From IMG/VR virus record IMGVR_UViG_3300013102_000005, positions 29,778-93,777 of that record: DNA of 64,000 nt; one strand, given 5' to 3'. The position numbers and the translations under genes were made by a program. Each line of letters begins with the position of its first letter. The first letter of the stretch is position 1. Below, one piece after another: positions 38,191 to 48,590 of this stretch. The notes beneath the pieces were generated by a model. It worked only from the letters and a program-made list of their open reading frames with translations, made no database searches and was not told where the DNA came from. Source of the stretch: a virus.

Positions 38191-39249
38191 ATGACCACGC
38201 AGATAACTGCCTGGCAGCAGCAAAACCCCAATTTGGCCGAGCGCGGCATTACAGAAGCCGCGTGGTCCACTATTCGTAATAGCTTGTTCCCCGGCGCTTC
38301 GGATGCCAGCGCTCTGATGGCGTGGGATTACTGCAAGGCACGTGGGCTCGACATCATGCTCAAGCCCGTGCATCTGGTTGAGATGAGCGTCAAGGTCGTC
38401 ACGCCACCGCCGGCCAATCGCCCGAACGACAAACCCAAGACCTCGTATGTAAAGCGCGATGTAGTGCTGCCTGGTATCGGCCTGTATCGGGTGCAGGCCA
38501 GCCGCTCTGGCTCCTATGCCGGCATCGACCGGCCAATTTATGGGGAAATGCAAGAGCGGACCTTAACGGTCACTTATGAGGACGAGCAGCGGTTCCAGCA
38601 GAGCCGCACCGTCAACTACTCTTTTCCCGAATATTGCGAAATTACCGTCTACAAGATGATCGACGGCCAGCGCTGCGCCTTTACCGCGCTGGAATACTGG
38701 GAAGAGAACTACGCGACCAAGGGCTACCAGTCCGAAGAGCCCAACGACATGTGGCGCCGGCGCAGTCGTGGACAGCTCGCCAAGTGCACCGAAGCCCAGG
38801 CGCTGCGTAAAGCCTGGCCGGAGCTGCTGGGCAGTGAACCGACATTCGAGGAGCTGGAGGGCAAGGACTGGGTCGTCAACGCCCGTGACATCACCCCCCA
38901 AGGCGGCATCGATCCCGAGTCGGAAGGGCCGCAGCCCCTGCGTGAAGCCGCACCTATCGACGGGGACTTTCAGGCCGCCGACGAAACCCCGCAGCAGGAG
39001 CCGCAAAAGCCTGGCGGCAAGAGCAAGGCCGGCAACCAGGCCAAGGCAGCCGCCGCTCCGGTCGCCGATGACGGCCCCCGCATCACCGAGCGCCAGGTGC
39101 GCCTGCTACGCAAGCGCCTGGAGAGCACCAACATCGCCGAGGCCGATCTGCTGGCCCGCTTCAACGCCCAGCAGTTGGAGGATCTCGCCGGCTCCTTGAT
39201 CAATGACCTGATGGCCTTCGCCGAAGGCAAGGCCAAGGCCGCTGCATGA
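38191..39249 (+). CDS. bet: Phage single-strand annealing recombinase Bet
   Basis: YCKARGLD.MLKPVH.V...GIGLYR.QA.RSG.YAG...MW...RGQLAKCTEAQALRKAWP. Confidence 0.9.
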   Translation: MTTQITAWQQQNPNLAERGITEAAWSTIRNSLFPGASDASALMAWDYCKARGLDIMLKPVHLVEMSVKVVTPPPANRPNDKPKTSYVKRDVVLPGIGLYRVQASRSGSYAGIDRPIYGEMQERTLTVTYEDEQRFQQSRTVNYSFPEYCEITVYKMIDGQRCAFTALEYWEENYATKGYQSEEPNDMWRRRSRGQLAKCTEAQALRKAWPELLGSEPTFEELEGKDWVVNARDITPQGGIDPESEGPQPLREAAPIDGDFQAADETPQQEPQKPGGKSKAGNQAKAAAAPVADDGPRITERQVRLLRKRLESTNIAEADLLARFNAQQLEDLAGSLINDLMAFAEGKAKAAA

Positions 39250-39878
39250 GCCAGGTCCTGACCTTTGACGAAGCCAGCCACAGCTACCGGCTCGACGGCG
39301 AGCTGATTCCGGGCGTCACCTCGGTTCTGGCCCCGCTGTCGAGCTACGGCGACGTGCCCACGGAAATTCTCGAGGCTGCTGCCCGGCGCGGCACCCACGT
39401 GCACCGCGCCGTGGAGCTGATCGCCCAGGACCGCCTGGACTGGAGCACGGTGGACGAGGACCACTACGGCTACCTGGAGGCCTTCATGACCTTCTGCGAC
39501 CGGATGAAGCCCGAGTTCATCGCCAACGAGAAGCGGACCTTTCACCCGGTGCTCAAGTACGCCGGCACCTTGGACATGGAGCTGGTCCTGCATGGGAAAC
39601 CCAAGGCCAAGCTCGCGGTGCTGGACGTGAAAAGCTGCGTCACCGTCATGCCGACCACGGGCCCTCAGACCGCCGCCTACCTGGCAGCCGAGAACGCCCA
39701 CCGGCCGGTCAAGCGCGACCACATCGTAGAGCGCTACGGCCTGCGCCTGGGCAAGGACGGCACGTTCGACCTGATTCCCTACACCGCTGCTAGCGACTTG
39801 CACGACTTCAACGCCTGCCTGCGCCTGTACCGGTTCCAGCAACTCCACCACAAGTTCTACAAGCAACTCGCCGCCTGA
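39246..39878 (+). CDS. PD-(D/E)xK exonuclease
   Basis: PGVTSVL...RGTHVH...YAGTLD...LDVKS...QTAAY. Confidence 0.85.
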   Translation: MSQVLTFDEASHSYRLDGELIPGVTSVLAPLSSYGDVPTEILEAAARRGTHVHRAVELIAQDRLDWSTVDEDHYGYLEAFMTFCDRMKPEFIANEKRTFHPVLKYAGTLDMELVLHGKPKAKLAVLDVKSCVTVMPTTGPQTAAYLAAENAHRPVKRDHIVERYGLRLGKDGTFDLIPYTAASDLHDFNACLRLYRFQQLHHKFYKQLAA

Positions 39879-39902
39879 GCGAGACCATCAAGGAGAGTCA
39901 CC

Positions 39903-40754
39903 ATGCAAGAAGTCATGAACCTGAACGTCGAGACCGCCACCCCCGTCAGCGCCACCGAGGCCCTGGGCCTGGCCGCCGGTGCCGGCGTCTTCCCCATCAT
40001 CATCCAGGCCGATCTGCTGCCGGAAACCGTCGCCCTGCTCCAGCGGGTGGCCATCGAGTCCCAGACCGCCAGCCAGCTGGTCATCCAGACGGCAGGTGAC
40101 CTGCAAATCGCCGGCGACCAGCTCCAGCGCATCAAGGGCATGACCAAGTCGATCAACGAGCAGCGGCTGCAAGTCACCAAGCCGTTCGACGACGCGAAAA
40201 AGAAGGTCATGGACTACGTCGCCGCCCCGCTGGCCGCGCTGGCTGAGGTAGAGACCAGCCTCAAGAACGCCATCCTCGAATGCCAGACCCGCCTGGACAA
40301 CGAGCGCCGCGAGGAAGAGGCCCGCCAGCAGGAGAAGGCCCGCAAGGAGCAGGAAGCCCTGGAGCGCAAGGCCGAGAAGGCCGAGGAGTCCGGCAAGGTC
40401 GAGCGCGCCGAGGCCCTGCGCGAGCAAGCCGCCACGGTAGTGGCTGCCCCCGCCCCTGTCGCCTCTACCAAGGTCGCGGGCGTTTCCACCCGCTGGACCT
40501 TCGGCGCCGAAGTCATCGACCTGAAAGAGCTGGTGCTGTCGGTGGCCTGCGGTCTGCTGGCCGACGAGGCCGACGGCGACGCCAACAAGCTGATGGCCCT
40601 GGTGAACAAGCGCGCACGCAATGCCGCCCCGCTCCAGGCGATCACCGCCGACACCAAGTTCATCGACAAGCAGGCCAAGGCCTTCAAGGAAGCCTTCGCC
40701 ATGCCCGGCGTCAAGCTGACCAAGACCCCCAGCGTCGCCTCCCGCGCCAAATAG
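39903..40754 (+). CDS. Coiled-coil phage recombination-module protein
   Basis: QRLQVTKPFDDAKK...MPGVK pattern. Confidence 0.65.
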   Translation: MQEVMNLNVETATPVSATEALGLAAGAGVFPIIIQADLLPETVALLQRVAIESQTASQLVIQTAGDLQIAGDQLQRIKGMTKSINEQRLQVTKPFDDAKKKVMDYVAAPLAALAEVETSLKNAILECQTRLDNERREEEARQQEKARKEQEALERKAEKAEESGKVERAEALREQAATVVAAPAPVASTKVAGVSTRWTFGAEVIDLKELVLSVACGLLADEADGDANKLMALVNKRARNAAPLQAITADTKFIDKQAKAFKEAFAMPGVKLTKTPSVASRAK

Positions 40755-40808
40755 TCCATCCGCTCACCCTGCCCCGGTTCGCCGGGGCCTCTTTAGAGAT
40801 CCAGCCCC

Positions 40809-41372
40809 ATGGCACGTGGAATCAACAAGGTCATCCTCGTCGGCAACCTGGGCGGAGACCCCGAACTCCGCTACATGCCCAACGAGACGCCCGTTACCAA
40901 CATCACCCTGGCTACCAGCGAGTCCTGGAAGGACAAGCAGACCGGTCAGCAGCAGGAACGCACCGAGTGGCACCGCGTGGTCTTCATCGGTCCGCTGGCC
41001 GAGATCGTGAGCCAGTACGCCACCAAAGGCAGCCAGCTCTATGTCGAGGGCAAGCTGCGCACTCGCAAATGGCAGGGCCAGGATGGCCAGGACCGCTACA
41101 CCACCGAGGTGGTCGTGGACCGTGACGGCAACATGCAGCTGCTCGGCGGCCGGCCAGGCGATGGCCAGCAGCAGAGTTACCAGAACGCGCCGCGCCAGCA
41201 GCAGGGCAACCCGAACGGCCGGCCCCAGCAGAACGCCCGTCCGCAGAACCACGCCGGCAACCGCCAGCCGTCTCGTCCTCAGCAGCAGCCCCAGCAGCAA
41301 CAGGGCGGCCACGACCACTACGACGACGACATCCCGTTCATGCGCCTGCAAAACGAACTGATCATCTGCTGA
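40809..41372 (+). CDS. ssb: Single-stranded DNA-binding protein
   Basis: [18 protein letters not shown]...TEWHRVV...DDDIPF. Confidence 0.97.
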   Translation: MARGINKVILVGNLGGDPELRYMPNETPVTNITLATSESWKDKQTGQQQERTEWHRVVFIGPLAEIVSQYATKGSQLYVEGKLRTRKWQGQDGQDRYTTEVVVDRDGNMQLLGGRPGDGQQQSYQNAPRQQQGNPNGRPQQNARPQNHAGNRQPSRPQQQPQQQQGGHDHYDDDIPFMRLQNELIIC

Positions 41373-41388
41373 CGGACACCGAACCCCG

Positions 41389-41868
41389 ATGAGCACGCAT
41401 TCCATCGAGCACTTCGCCAACGCCCCCCACACCATCGCCGGCCGCGACGCTGCCCGCGAACTGCTGGCCAACCTGACCGAGAATTTCGAGGCCGCACATG
41501 GCCCGGTCGCCGAGGCTGATTCCAGCGAGTACGTCCCCCACCCCGCCCGCCGCGAGCCCATTGGCCGCCCGGTGCGCCGGCGCCACCGCAGCCGCCTGCG
41601 CCTGGCAGCCGATGAGCTGTTCGCCGTGGTGCCCGAGCACGAACTGGCCCGCATCCTGGGCTACAAGAACGGCGCCTGCGCCTGGGTCAACTGGGTCCCC
41701 GAGCCGCAAGAGGACTTCTGCCGCGAGCTGATGAAGCACTGGCGCCTGCTACGCGATGCCCGCGAGTACCTGCGCCGTGGCAAGACGCCTGAGCAGGCCG
41801 CCGCCGAAATGCAGGTGGAGACCGATCTGCTGGGCGCCCTGATCTCCACCTACAAGATGGGGGCCTGA
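41389..41868 (+). CDS. Hypothetical protein (possible DNA-binding)
   Basis: 159-aa ORF in operon. Confidence 0.6.
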   Translation: MSTHSIEHFANAPHTIAGRDAARELLANLTENFEAAHGPVAEADSSEYVPHPARREPIGRPVRRRHRSRLRLAADELFAVVPEHELARILGYKNGACAWVNWVPEPQEDFCRELMKHWRLLRDAREYLRRGKTPEQAAAEMQVETDLLGALISTYKMGA

Positions 41869-41870
41869 GC

Positions 41871-43109
41871 ATGTGTTGGTTCAATAGCCTCCGCCTGTAC
41901 CGCCTGACCCAGCCGGTCGAGTTCGAGCCCGACGCCCTGGAGGCAGCGCTGGCCAGCAAGCCCGCCCGCCCGTGCGGATCCCAGGAGCTGTCCACCTACG
42001 GTTTCATCCCGCCGCTCGGCAAGCATGGCGTCGCCCTGGTGCACGCCGTTGCCGGCAACCTGCTGGTGGCCTGCCGCCGTGAGGAGCGCAAGCTCAATTC
42101 CGGCGCCATCAAGGACGCGCTCCAGGACAAGGTGGACGCCATCGAGAAGGAGCAGCTGCGCAAGGTCTACAAGAAGGAGAAGGAGCAGCTCAAGGACGAG
42201 ATCGTCATGGCCATGCTCCCGCACACCCCGCCCACGCGCAAAACCACCTACGCGGCCATCCTGCCCGCCCTCGGCATGATTGCCGTGAACGCCAGCAGCC
42301 CGCGCGCCGCCGAGGACCTGCTATCGACCCTGCGCGACGCCCTGGGCTCGCTGCCGGTGCGGCCGGTAGGCGTGAAACAAGCGCCGATGGCCACCTTCAC
42401 CGACTGGGTCAAGGCGGGCGATGCCACCCACGGCCTGCTGCTGCTCGATGAGTGCGAGCTGCGCGACATCAGCGAAGGCGGCGGCATCGTGCGGTGCAAG
42501 AATCAGGACCTCACCGCCGAGGAGATCCAGAACCACCTGGAGGCCGGCAAGCTGGTGACGCGGCTGATGCTGGCCTGGGAGGACAAACTGGCCTTCCACC
42601 TGGCGGACGACCTGGCCATCACCCGACTCAAGTTCGAGGACCTGCTCCAGGAGCAGGCCGAGCAGGACGGCGGCGACGAGGCGGCCGGCCAGTTCGATGC
42701 GAGTTTCGCCCTCATGTGCCTGACCTTCGAGCAGTTCGTGCCGCAGCTGATCGAGGCCCTGGGCGGCGAGGAGATCCCTCAAGGCCTGGGCGATGACCCA
42801 GCGGCCCCGCCGGCCCAACGCGAGGCGCGCGTGGTACGCGCCGAGGTTCAGCTGGATGCGTTCAATGCCAACGCCTCCCAGCAAGCCGCCAGGGAAGAGC
42901 TGGCCACCGTCGCCGGTCTGGGCGAGCAGGATGCCCTTCTGGGTGAGGCGATCGCCTTCGTGCGCGAGAGTCGGCGCGCCAGCATCAGTGCGATCCAGCG
43001 CAAGCTCAAGATCGGCTACAACCGGGCGGCGGCGATGATCGAGGCGCTGGAACAGATGGGCATCGTCACGCCGATGAGTTCCAACGGCACCCGTGAGGTG
43101 ATCGGCTGA
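41871..43109 (+). CDS. rdgC: RdgC fused to a C-terminal FtsK gamma domain
   Basis: [10 protein letters not shown]...QELSTYGF...ALGGE then [36 protein letters not shown]. Confidence 0.92.
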   Translation: MCWFNSLRLYRLTQPVEFEPDALEAALASKPARPCGSQELSTYGFIPPLGKHGVALVHAVAGNLLVACRREERKLNSGAIKDALQDKVDAIEKEQLRKVYKKEKEQLKDEIVMAMLPHTPPTRKTTYAAILPALGMIAVNASSPRAAEDLLSTLRDALGSLPVRPVGVKQAPMATFTDWVKAGDATHGLLLLDECELRDISEGGGIVRCKNQDLTAEEIQNHLEAGKLVTRLMLAWEDKLAFHLADDLAITRLKFEDLLQEQAEQDGGDEAAGQFDASFALMCLTFEQFVPQLIEALGGEEIPQGLGDDPAAPPAQREARVVRAEVQLDAFNANASQQAAREELATVAGLGEQDALLGEAIAFVRESRRASISAIQRKLKIGYNRAAAMIEALEQMGIVTPMSSNGTREVIG

Positions 43110-44584
43110 TGCTGTCCTACGGGTCCGTCTGTAGCGGCATCGAAGCCGCCACCGTTGCATGGGAACCGCTCGGCATGCGTGCCGCCTGGTACGCCGAGAT
43201 CGAGGCCTTCCCCTGTGCTGTTCTCGCCCACCACTACCCCCAGACCCCGAATCTCGGGGACATGACCACCATCGCCCGCCAGGTACTGGCCGGCCTGGTG
43301 GACGCGCCAGACGTCCTCGTCGGCGGCACTCCCTGCCAGGCATTCAGCCTGGCAGGCATGCGCCAGGGACTTGAAGACCCGCGCGGCGCCCTGACCATCA
43401 GATATGTGGAGCTCCTCGATGCAATTGACCATGTTCGAACCCAACGCGGGGACCCCGAGTGCGCTGGAGTCTGGGAAAACGTCCCAGGTGTCCTCTCCGA
43501 CAAAGGCAATGCGTTCGGCTGCTTCCTCGCAGCCATGGTGGGCGAACCCGAAGAACTCCAGCCGCCAGGGGGAAAATGGAAGGACGCTGGTTGTGTGTAT
43601 GGACCCCGCCGAGCAGTCGCATGGCGGGTTCTGGATGCCCAATATTTCGGCCTGGCCCAACGACGCCGCCGTGTGTTCCTTGTGGCAAGTGCTCGAAAAG
43701 ACTTCGATCCCGCATCGGTACTTTTTGAGCGCGAAGGCCTGCGCCGGGATTCTCCGCCGCGCCGTGGCGCGGAACAGGACCTTGCCGGCGCCCTTACTTC
43801 GAGCCTTGCAAAGCGGGGCGGAAAGCCGGACTGCGGAAGCACACCAGGACACCTGATCGCCGGCACGCTCCAGGCGGGCGGCAAGACTGCCGGTTCGGCT
43901 ACTTTGCAGGACGCAGAGTCGGGCCTCCTGCTGGCATTTGGTGGCGGCGCAAACTGTAACGCCACCGAGGTCAGCACTGCCCTGCAAGCGCATCCTGGTG
44001 GTGTGCGCATGGAGGGGGAGACAGACACCTTCGTCGTCCACGGCACTCAGGACCCGGATGTCAGCGTAGGCGTCACTCACCCCATGGGCCGCAACCAGGG
44101 CCAGGAGAACGTCGTACTGGCGTTCAGCTGCAAGGATCATGGTGCCGATGTGGGTCCGTTGGCGCCGACACTGCGCGCAATGGGGCACGGCGAGAGTCAC
44201 GCCAATGCAGGCGGCCAAGTTGCGGTCTGCATCAGCGAGACGCCCAGCGCGGCGGCCTTTGCAGAGAACTCCAGGGCCGAGCTTCGTTACGAGGCAGGCG
44301 ATGGGAGCATCACCGGCTCAATGTGCAGCGGCGGCGGCAAGCCAGGCCAGTCCTACCCCGTCGCACAGGTCGGCTCATCGGTGCGCCGCCTGATGCCCCA
44401 CGAATGCGAACGCCTCCAGGGCTTCCCTGATGACTACACCCTGATCCCCTGGCGCAGCAGACCAGCCGAGGAATGCCCGGACGGTCCCCGCTACAAGGCC
44501 ATCGGCAATAGCAAGGCCGTGCCTGTGGTGCGCTGGATCGGTCGGCGGCTCCTGGCGCAGCTCGGCAGGGGGACCCTCCATTGA
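43109..44584 (+). CDS. C5-cytosine DNA methyltransferase
   Basis: SVCSGIEA, GGTPCQAFS, WENVPG, AQRRRRVF, ECERLQGFP, YKAIGNS. Confidence 0.93.
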   Translation: MLSYGSVCSGIEAATVAWEPLGMRAAWYAEIEAFPCAVLAHHYPQTPNLGDMTTIARQVLAGLVDAPDVLVGGTPCQAFSLAGMRQGLEDPRGALTIRYVELLDAIDHVRTQRGDPECAGVWENVPGVLSDKGNAFGCFLAAMVGEPEELQPPGGKWKDAGCVYGPRRAVAWRVLDAQYFGLAQRRRRVFLVASARKDFDPASVLFEREGLRRDSPPRRGAEQDLAGALTSSLAKRGGKPDCGSTPGHLIAGTLQAGGKTAGSATLQDAESGLLLAFGGGANCNATEVSTALQAHPGGVRMEGETDTFVVHGTQDPDVSVGVTHPMGRNQGQENVVLAFSCKDHGADVGPLAPTLRAMGHGESHANAGGQVAVCISETPSAAAFAENSRAELRYEAGDGSITGSMCSGGGKPGQSYPVAQVGSSVRRLMPHECERLQGFPDDYTLIPWRSRPAEECPDGPRYKAIGNSKAVPVVRWIGRRLLAQLGRGTLH

Positions 44585-44943
44585 TCAGCCTCAAGGTCTC
44601 TCCTGACCTTGCCCAGGCGCTGCGGGGCGGCCGCAAGACCGTTCACCGGCTGCCGGCGGCCGAGGCCCAGGCGCTCGGGGCTGGCGGCCTCGTCGGGCAG
44701 CGTCTCCAGCTGGTCGAGGCTCTCCCTTTCGGCAAGACGGCCGCGATCGGCATTGCCAGCATCAGCAGCGTCCAGGACGTGCACCTGGAGGACATGGACG
44801 ATTCGGAAATAGCGGCCGAGGGCTTCGCCAGCTGGGCGCTATTTTCGCATCACTGGGATGACCGATACGGCCGCAAAGGCCTACCGGCGATCCTCAACCC
44901 GCCCTGTGTCCGCCTCGCGTTCGTCCTGGAGCCCACCCCGTGA
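44581..44943 (+). CDS. ASCH-like protein
   Basis: LRGGRKTVHR...AAEGF...F...W pattern. Confidence 0.6.
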   Translation: MISLKVSPDLAQALRGGRKTVHRLPAAEAQALGAGGLVGQRLQLVEALPFGKTAAIGIASISSVQDVHLEDMDDSEIAAEGFASWALFSHHWDDRYGRKGLPAILNPPCVRLAFVLEPTP

Positions 44944-45248
44944 ACATCATGCTCGTCTGCACCCTCCTCTCCCTTGGCCTCGGCGCCCTCTGCTGGCAGG
45001 CCTATCGCTTGCCCGCCACGATGGAGACCCGCGTGGCCATGCTGGGATTTGCGGCGGTAGCGAGCATCCTGCTGCTGGCCGGCCAGTTCTTGTGGGCGCC
45101 GGCGGATCGCTGGGCGGCGGAAAGTCGTTTCGCCGTGCGCCAGCTGGAGATCCAGGCAGAAGCCGCCAGCGCTCGCGCCATGGTCGAGGCACTGGGCGGC
45201 ACCGCCGCCTACATCGAGTACCTGCGCGCCAAGGAGGGCCGGCCGTGA
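44940..45248 (+). CDS. Membrane protein
   Basis: Two TM segments. Confidence 0.6.
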   Translation: MNIMLVCTLLSLGLGALCWQAYRLPATMETRVAMLGFAAVASILLLAGQFLWAPADRWAAESRFAVRQLEIQAEAASARAMVEALGGTAAYIEYLRAKEGRP

Positions 45249-45565
45249 TCAAGCCCACCTTCAACAACGGCGACCCGTATCTGCCAACAATCTCCGCCGA
45301 GACGAAGATCAGTCGAGATGAGGCAGTCCTCCAGGGACGCCCGGTTTACTTCGCCCTGGGCTCGTGCGCGGCTGATCGCGCGCACATCTGGCGCTACACC
45401 AGCACCCGCTACTGCGTGATCTGCCATCGGCGCACGAATGCCCGGCGGCAAGATCGCGTAGACGAAGCCGGAGCGAAAGCGCGCGGGATCAATCCTGAGA
45501 TCCGCCGGCGCATCGAGGCGCGGCGCGACCTACAGATAATGGTTGACGATACTTACAATCTGTAG
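45245..45565 (+). CDS. Small Zn-binding phage protein
   Basis: YF.LGSC...H..RYTSTRYCVIC. Confidence 0.6.
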   Translation: MIKPTFNNGDPYLPTISAETKISRDEAVLQGRPVYFALGSCAADRAHIWRYTSTRYCVICHRRTNARRQDRVDEAGAKARGINPEIRRRIEARRDLQIMVDDTYNL

Positions 45566-45594
45566 TTGTCACCCGCTTCGGATGTCAGTAATCT
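45566..45594 (+). promoter_or_regulatory. sigma70 promoter of moron gene
   Basis: TTGTCA-N17-TAATCT. Confidence 0.65.
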
Positions 45595-45629
45595 GCAATC
45601 CATTACCGCAATTTCTTGCAGGCCCCTCC

Positions 45630-46283
45630 ATGCCGACGCTTCTCGTCCCCCAAGACGTCGCCCACGAGTTCGATCGTTACGACCTCGACGCGAGCAACGG
45701 CCTGCTCTATGCCGCTCTGAATGCTGCGCCGCATCCTACCGATCTTGCTCCATTGCTGGCCCACGAAGTGCCTGCCGGGTATCGCCTGGTGCGTATCGAC
45801 AACCGTCTGGAGCCCGTGGCTCATGAGCGGTTCGAGGTGGCGCTGCTGTGCGACACCACCCATCGCGTTGCCTACTATAACCAGGTGATTGTGACGGGCT
45901 ATCAGGATCTGAACCATCGGCCGGCCACCCAAGTCCTCGTCTGGCGTTCAACCGCTTTCCAGCATGAGGCGGTCCTGCACCAGCTCGCTCGCGCGGTATT
46001 CTTCGACTACCTGCTGGAGAACTACGACGTTCTGGTCAGTGACAACCAGCAGACCTACGAGGGTCAGAGGTTCTGGCTGACGCAGATGTCGCGCGCCCTG
46101 GGGCTGCAACTGTTCGTCTACCACTACCATCTGATTTCCACTGAGCTGGTGCAGCTGCGGCAGGAAACAGACATTCAGGCCCTGCGCGCAGTGGCCTGGG
46201 GTGGCGAGCAGGATCACGCCCACCACTTGGTGATCATTTCTAAGCTGGAGCTGCCCGCGCAGCTCAACGTCGAAGCGGCATAG
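45630..46283 (+). CDS. Hypothetical moron protein (possible GNAT-like fold)
   Basis: ATQVLVWR...LVSDNQQTYEGQRFW; own promoter. Confidence 0.7.
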   Translation: MPTLLVPQDVAHEFDRYDLDASNGLLYAALNAAPHPTDLAPLLAHEVPAGYRLVRIDNRLEPVAHERFEVALLCDTTHRVAYYNQVIVTGYQDLNHRPATQVLVWRSTAFQHEAVLHQLARAVFFDYLLENYDVLVSDNQQTYEGQRFWLTQMSRALGLQLFVYHYHLISTELVQLRQETDIQALRAVAWGGEQDHAHHLVIISKLELPAQLNVEAA

Positions 46284-46286
46284 CGG

Positions 46287-47411
46287 CTACCAGAGCCGCT
46301 CTGCCAAATCACTCCCTCGGAGCGAGAGATAACGCCGCAGCGTGTTCACGTTGCGGTGCCCCGTTATCCGCGCGATCACCATCATGTCCATGTTCGTCCG
46401 CTCGAAGTAGCGGCAAGTCGCTTCGTGCCGGCAGTCATGGAAATGGAAGTCGCTGCACTCGGCGGCATCGAATATTCGCGCGAACTGGCGCGAGAGCAGC
46501 GCCGACACTCGTTTCAGTTCCTTGGCCGCACGCGCCCCTGACCACCACGGAAACAGCGGATCGTCGCCCTCCCCCGCGTGGCGCTCGATGCAGCCCTGGA
46601 GTACGCGCACCGCGACCGTCGATAGCGGCACCTGGCGGGTGTCCCCGTTCTTGGTTCGGTCCAGGTAGACGGTACGCCTGGCCAGGCTCACCTGATCCGG
46701 CGTGAGTGTGTAGATCTCGCGCAGTCGCATAGCGGTTTCCAGCGCCAGGTCGAACACGGCAAGGAGATCCTCCCGATGCTCCAGGCGCAGGGGGCGCTGG
46801 CGGCCGGTCGGCGTCTCACGGTCCAGAATCTCGCGCACAGCCTGTTCCTCCTCGCCGGCCAGGCGCCGGTCACGGACGCCCTCCTCTATCGGCGGCAGGT
46901 TTCGCTGAGCCAGCGCCTGGCGATCGGCGTCGTTGTAGGTGGCATAGCGCCTGGGCAGCTCCCGAACCGGATTGGCTGCTAGCCGCTTGCGGCGAACAGC
47001 CCAGTCCATCGCCCGGCCCAGGGCCCCAACGTAGTGCCGGATGGTCACCGGTGCCAAGCCGCGCTCGCGTTTCATCACCAGGATCCAGCCATCGAGCCAC
47101 CCATGGTCCAGCTCGGTGATGGTTCGCCGGCCGTGCTGGCGCGCAATGGCCGCCAGCAGCGGCGGGTCAGATTCCGATACCGCCACCGCCTCCTGGTACT
47201 CCTCGATGAGGCGAGACAGGGTCAGCGGTGGTGTCAGGCGATCACGCAGGATCGGATGGATCACGCCGTCAGCCAGGCCTGCCTCAATGGCAGCGACTAC
47301 AGCGTCACCCTCCTCCTCAGTCGCGAAGCTCAGCGACACGGGCCGCTCCAGCAGCCCCTTGCGGCGCACGACGTATTCCCAAGACCGGCCGCGCAGGCGC
47401 TTGGTTGCCAT
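46287..47411 (-). CDS. Tyrosine recombinase/integrase
   Basis: TAMRLRE, RTKNG, FHDCRHE, ITGH, RRY catalytic residues. Confidence 0.93.
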   Translation of the reverse strand: MATKRLRGRSWEYVVRRKGLLERPVSLSFATEEEGDAVVAAIEAGLADGVIHPILRDRLTPPLTLSRLIEEYQEAVAVSESDPPLLAAIARQHGRRTITELDHGWLDGWILVMKRERGLAPVTIRHYVGALGRAMDWAVRRKRLAANPVRELPRRYATYNDADRQALAQRNLPPIEEGVRDRRLAGEEEQAVREILDRETPTGRQRPLRLEHREDLLAVFDLALETAMRLREIYTLTPDQVSLARRTVYLDRTKNGDTRQVPLSTVAVRVLQGCIERHAGEGDDPLFPWWSGARAAKELKRVSALLSRQFARIFDAAECSDFHFHDCRHEATCRYFERTNMDMMVIARITGHRNVNTLRRYLSLRGSDLAERLW

Positions 47412-47441
47412 CTGCTACTCCATGAAACAAGACAGGTGAAG

Positions 47442-47500
47442 AATGACCCATGACGTCATGCAGGTGATGTCATGGGTATTACGTCATACAAATGACGTCA
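47442..47500. repeat. Centromere-like array downstream of par genes
   Basis: ATGACGTCA(T) at 47450 and 47492 plus degenerate copies. Confidence 0.7.
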
Positions 47501-47803
47501 CTGCTTCGGCTTGCCGTAGCCCGCTGCGCGCAGCGCATCCTCAATGATGTGGCTCACAGCCTTGTGGCCGTCTGTCTTGTTGCGCTTGTTCTGGTAGATC
47601 TCGTCGTTCAGCTGCTGGAGCATCTGCGACGGCAAGGTGATGGTGATCCGGTCGCGCCCTTCGGGTTCTTCCGGCGCTGGGTTGTCCTGTCCGTACTCAC
47701 GATTGGCCAATGTCTTGGCCAGTGCCTGGGAGATCGCGGGATCCGGCGGGAGGCGATCCTCGGCGGGTAGTTCCTGGGGCTGGGAGTTGTTGGGCTTACG
47801 CAT
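47498..47803 (-). CDS. ParG-like ribbon-helix-helix centromere-binding protein
   Basis: Overlaps parA stop; RITITLPSQMLQQL...AVSHIIEDAL. Confidence 0.75.
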   Translation of the reverse strand: MRKPNNSQPQELPAEDRLPPDPAISQALAKTLANREYGQDNPAPEEPEGRDRITITLPSQMLQQLNDEIYQNKRNKTDGHKAVSHIIEDALRAAGYGKPKQ

Positions 47804-48446
47804 CGCCGAATACCTCCGCATACAGGGCTTCGACCTCGGCACGTGCCTTGTCGTCGTTCGCCTCCAGCACGCCCTTGCCCTGGGCGGCGCTATCCCGGTA
47901 GACCTGGCGGTAGCAGGCGATGGCCGCCAAATACTCGAGTTCGGGCAGCTCCTTGATGAAGCTGACGAAGTCCTCGCGCTCGCGCTTGGATAGATGAGGG
48001 TGGGTGCTGGCCATCGATTGGTAGCAGCGGACGCGCAGGCGCTTGTTGTGCAGGCGAGCAGCACGTGCCTGGGCCGACAGCTCTTTCATGGTGTCCATGT
48101 CGAACTGGCTGGACTGATGCGGCGCTATCACCTGGTCGGCCACGAGCATGCCCGTTACGAGCTCTTCGCTGTTCCGGCCGGCCACGTCCACCAGCACGTG
48201 CTGGTACTTCTTAGCCATGTCGAACAGCGCCATAGCGATGTCGCCGCGCGCCTCCACCATCGGGATGCGCGGCTCGATCTTTTCCTCGTTGCGGTACTGG
48301 ATGAAGTCGGGCAACGACTTCTGCTTGTCCGCGTTCACCACGATGAAGTCGAGCCCCAGATGGGCCATCTTCACTGCCATTTGTATGCAGGTGGTGGTCT
48401 TGGTGGCGCCGCCTTTGTTGCAGCCAACGATCGTTATCTGTCCCAT
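47796..48446 (-). CDS. parA: Type Ib ParA partition ATPase
   Basis: Deviant Walker A NKGGATKTT, VDVAG, 216 aa with no N-terminal HTH. Confidence 0.92.
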   Translation of the reverse strand: MGQITIVGCNKGGATKTTTCIQMAVKMAHLGLDFIVVNADKQKSLPDFIQYRNEEKIEPRIPMVEARGDIAMALFDMAKKYQHVLVDVAGRNSEELVTGMLVADQVIAPHQSSQFDMDTMKELSAQARAARLHNKRLRVRCYQSMASTHPHLSKREREDFVSFIKELPELEYLAAIACYRQVYRDSAAQGKGVLEANDDKARAEVEALYAEVFGDA

Positions 48447-48590
48447 GACTTCCTATCCATGACGTACTACATGTGACGCAGGACAGATGACGTATGACAG
48501 ATGAAGTCCTACGCTCGGCCCCGCGAGATGTATTAAGCATGAAGCATTACCCATGACGTCATCAATCATGTGCATGACGTCATACAGACG
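48444..48590. repeat. Centromere/autoregulatory array upstream of parA
   Basis: ATGACGTCAT at 48553 and 48574, many TGACG/ATGA half-sites. Confidence 0.7.

Noticed and set aside
46250-47500. loxP-like or att site flanking the recombinase
   Set aside because: No long inverted repeat with a short spacer; the repeats present match the par arrays
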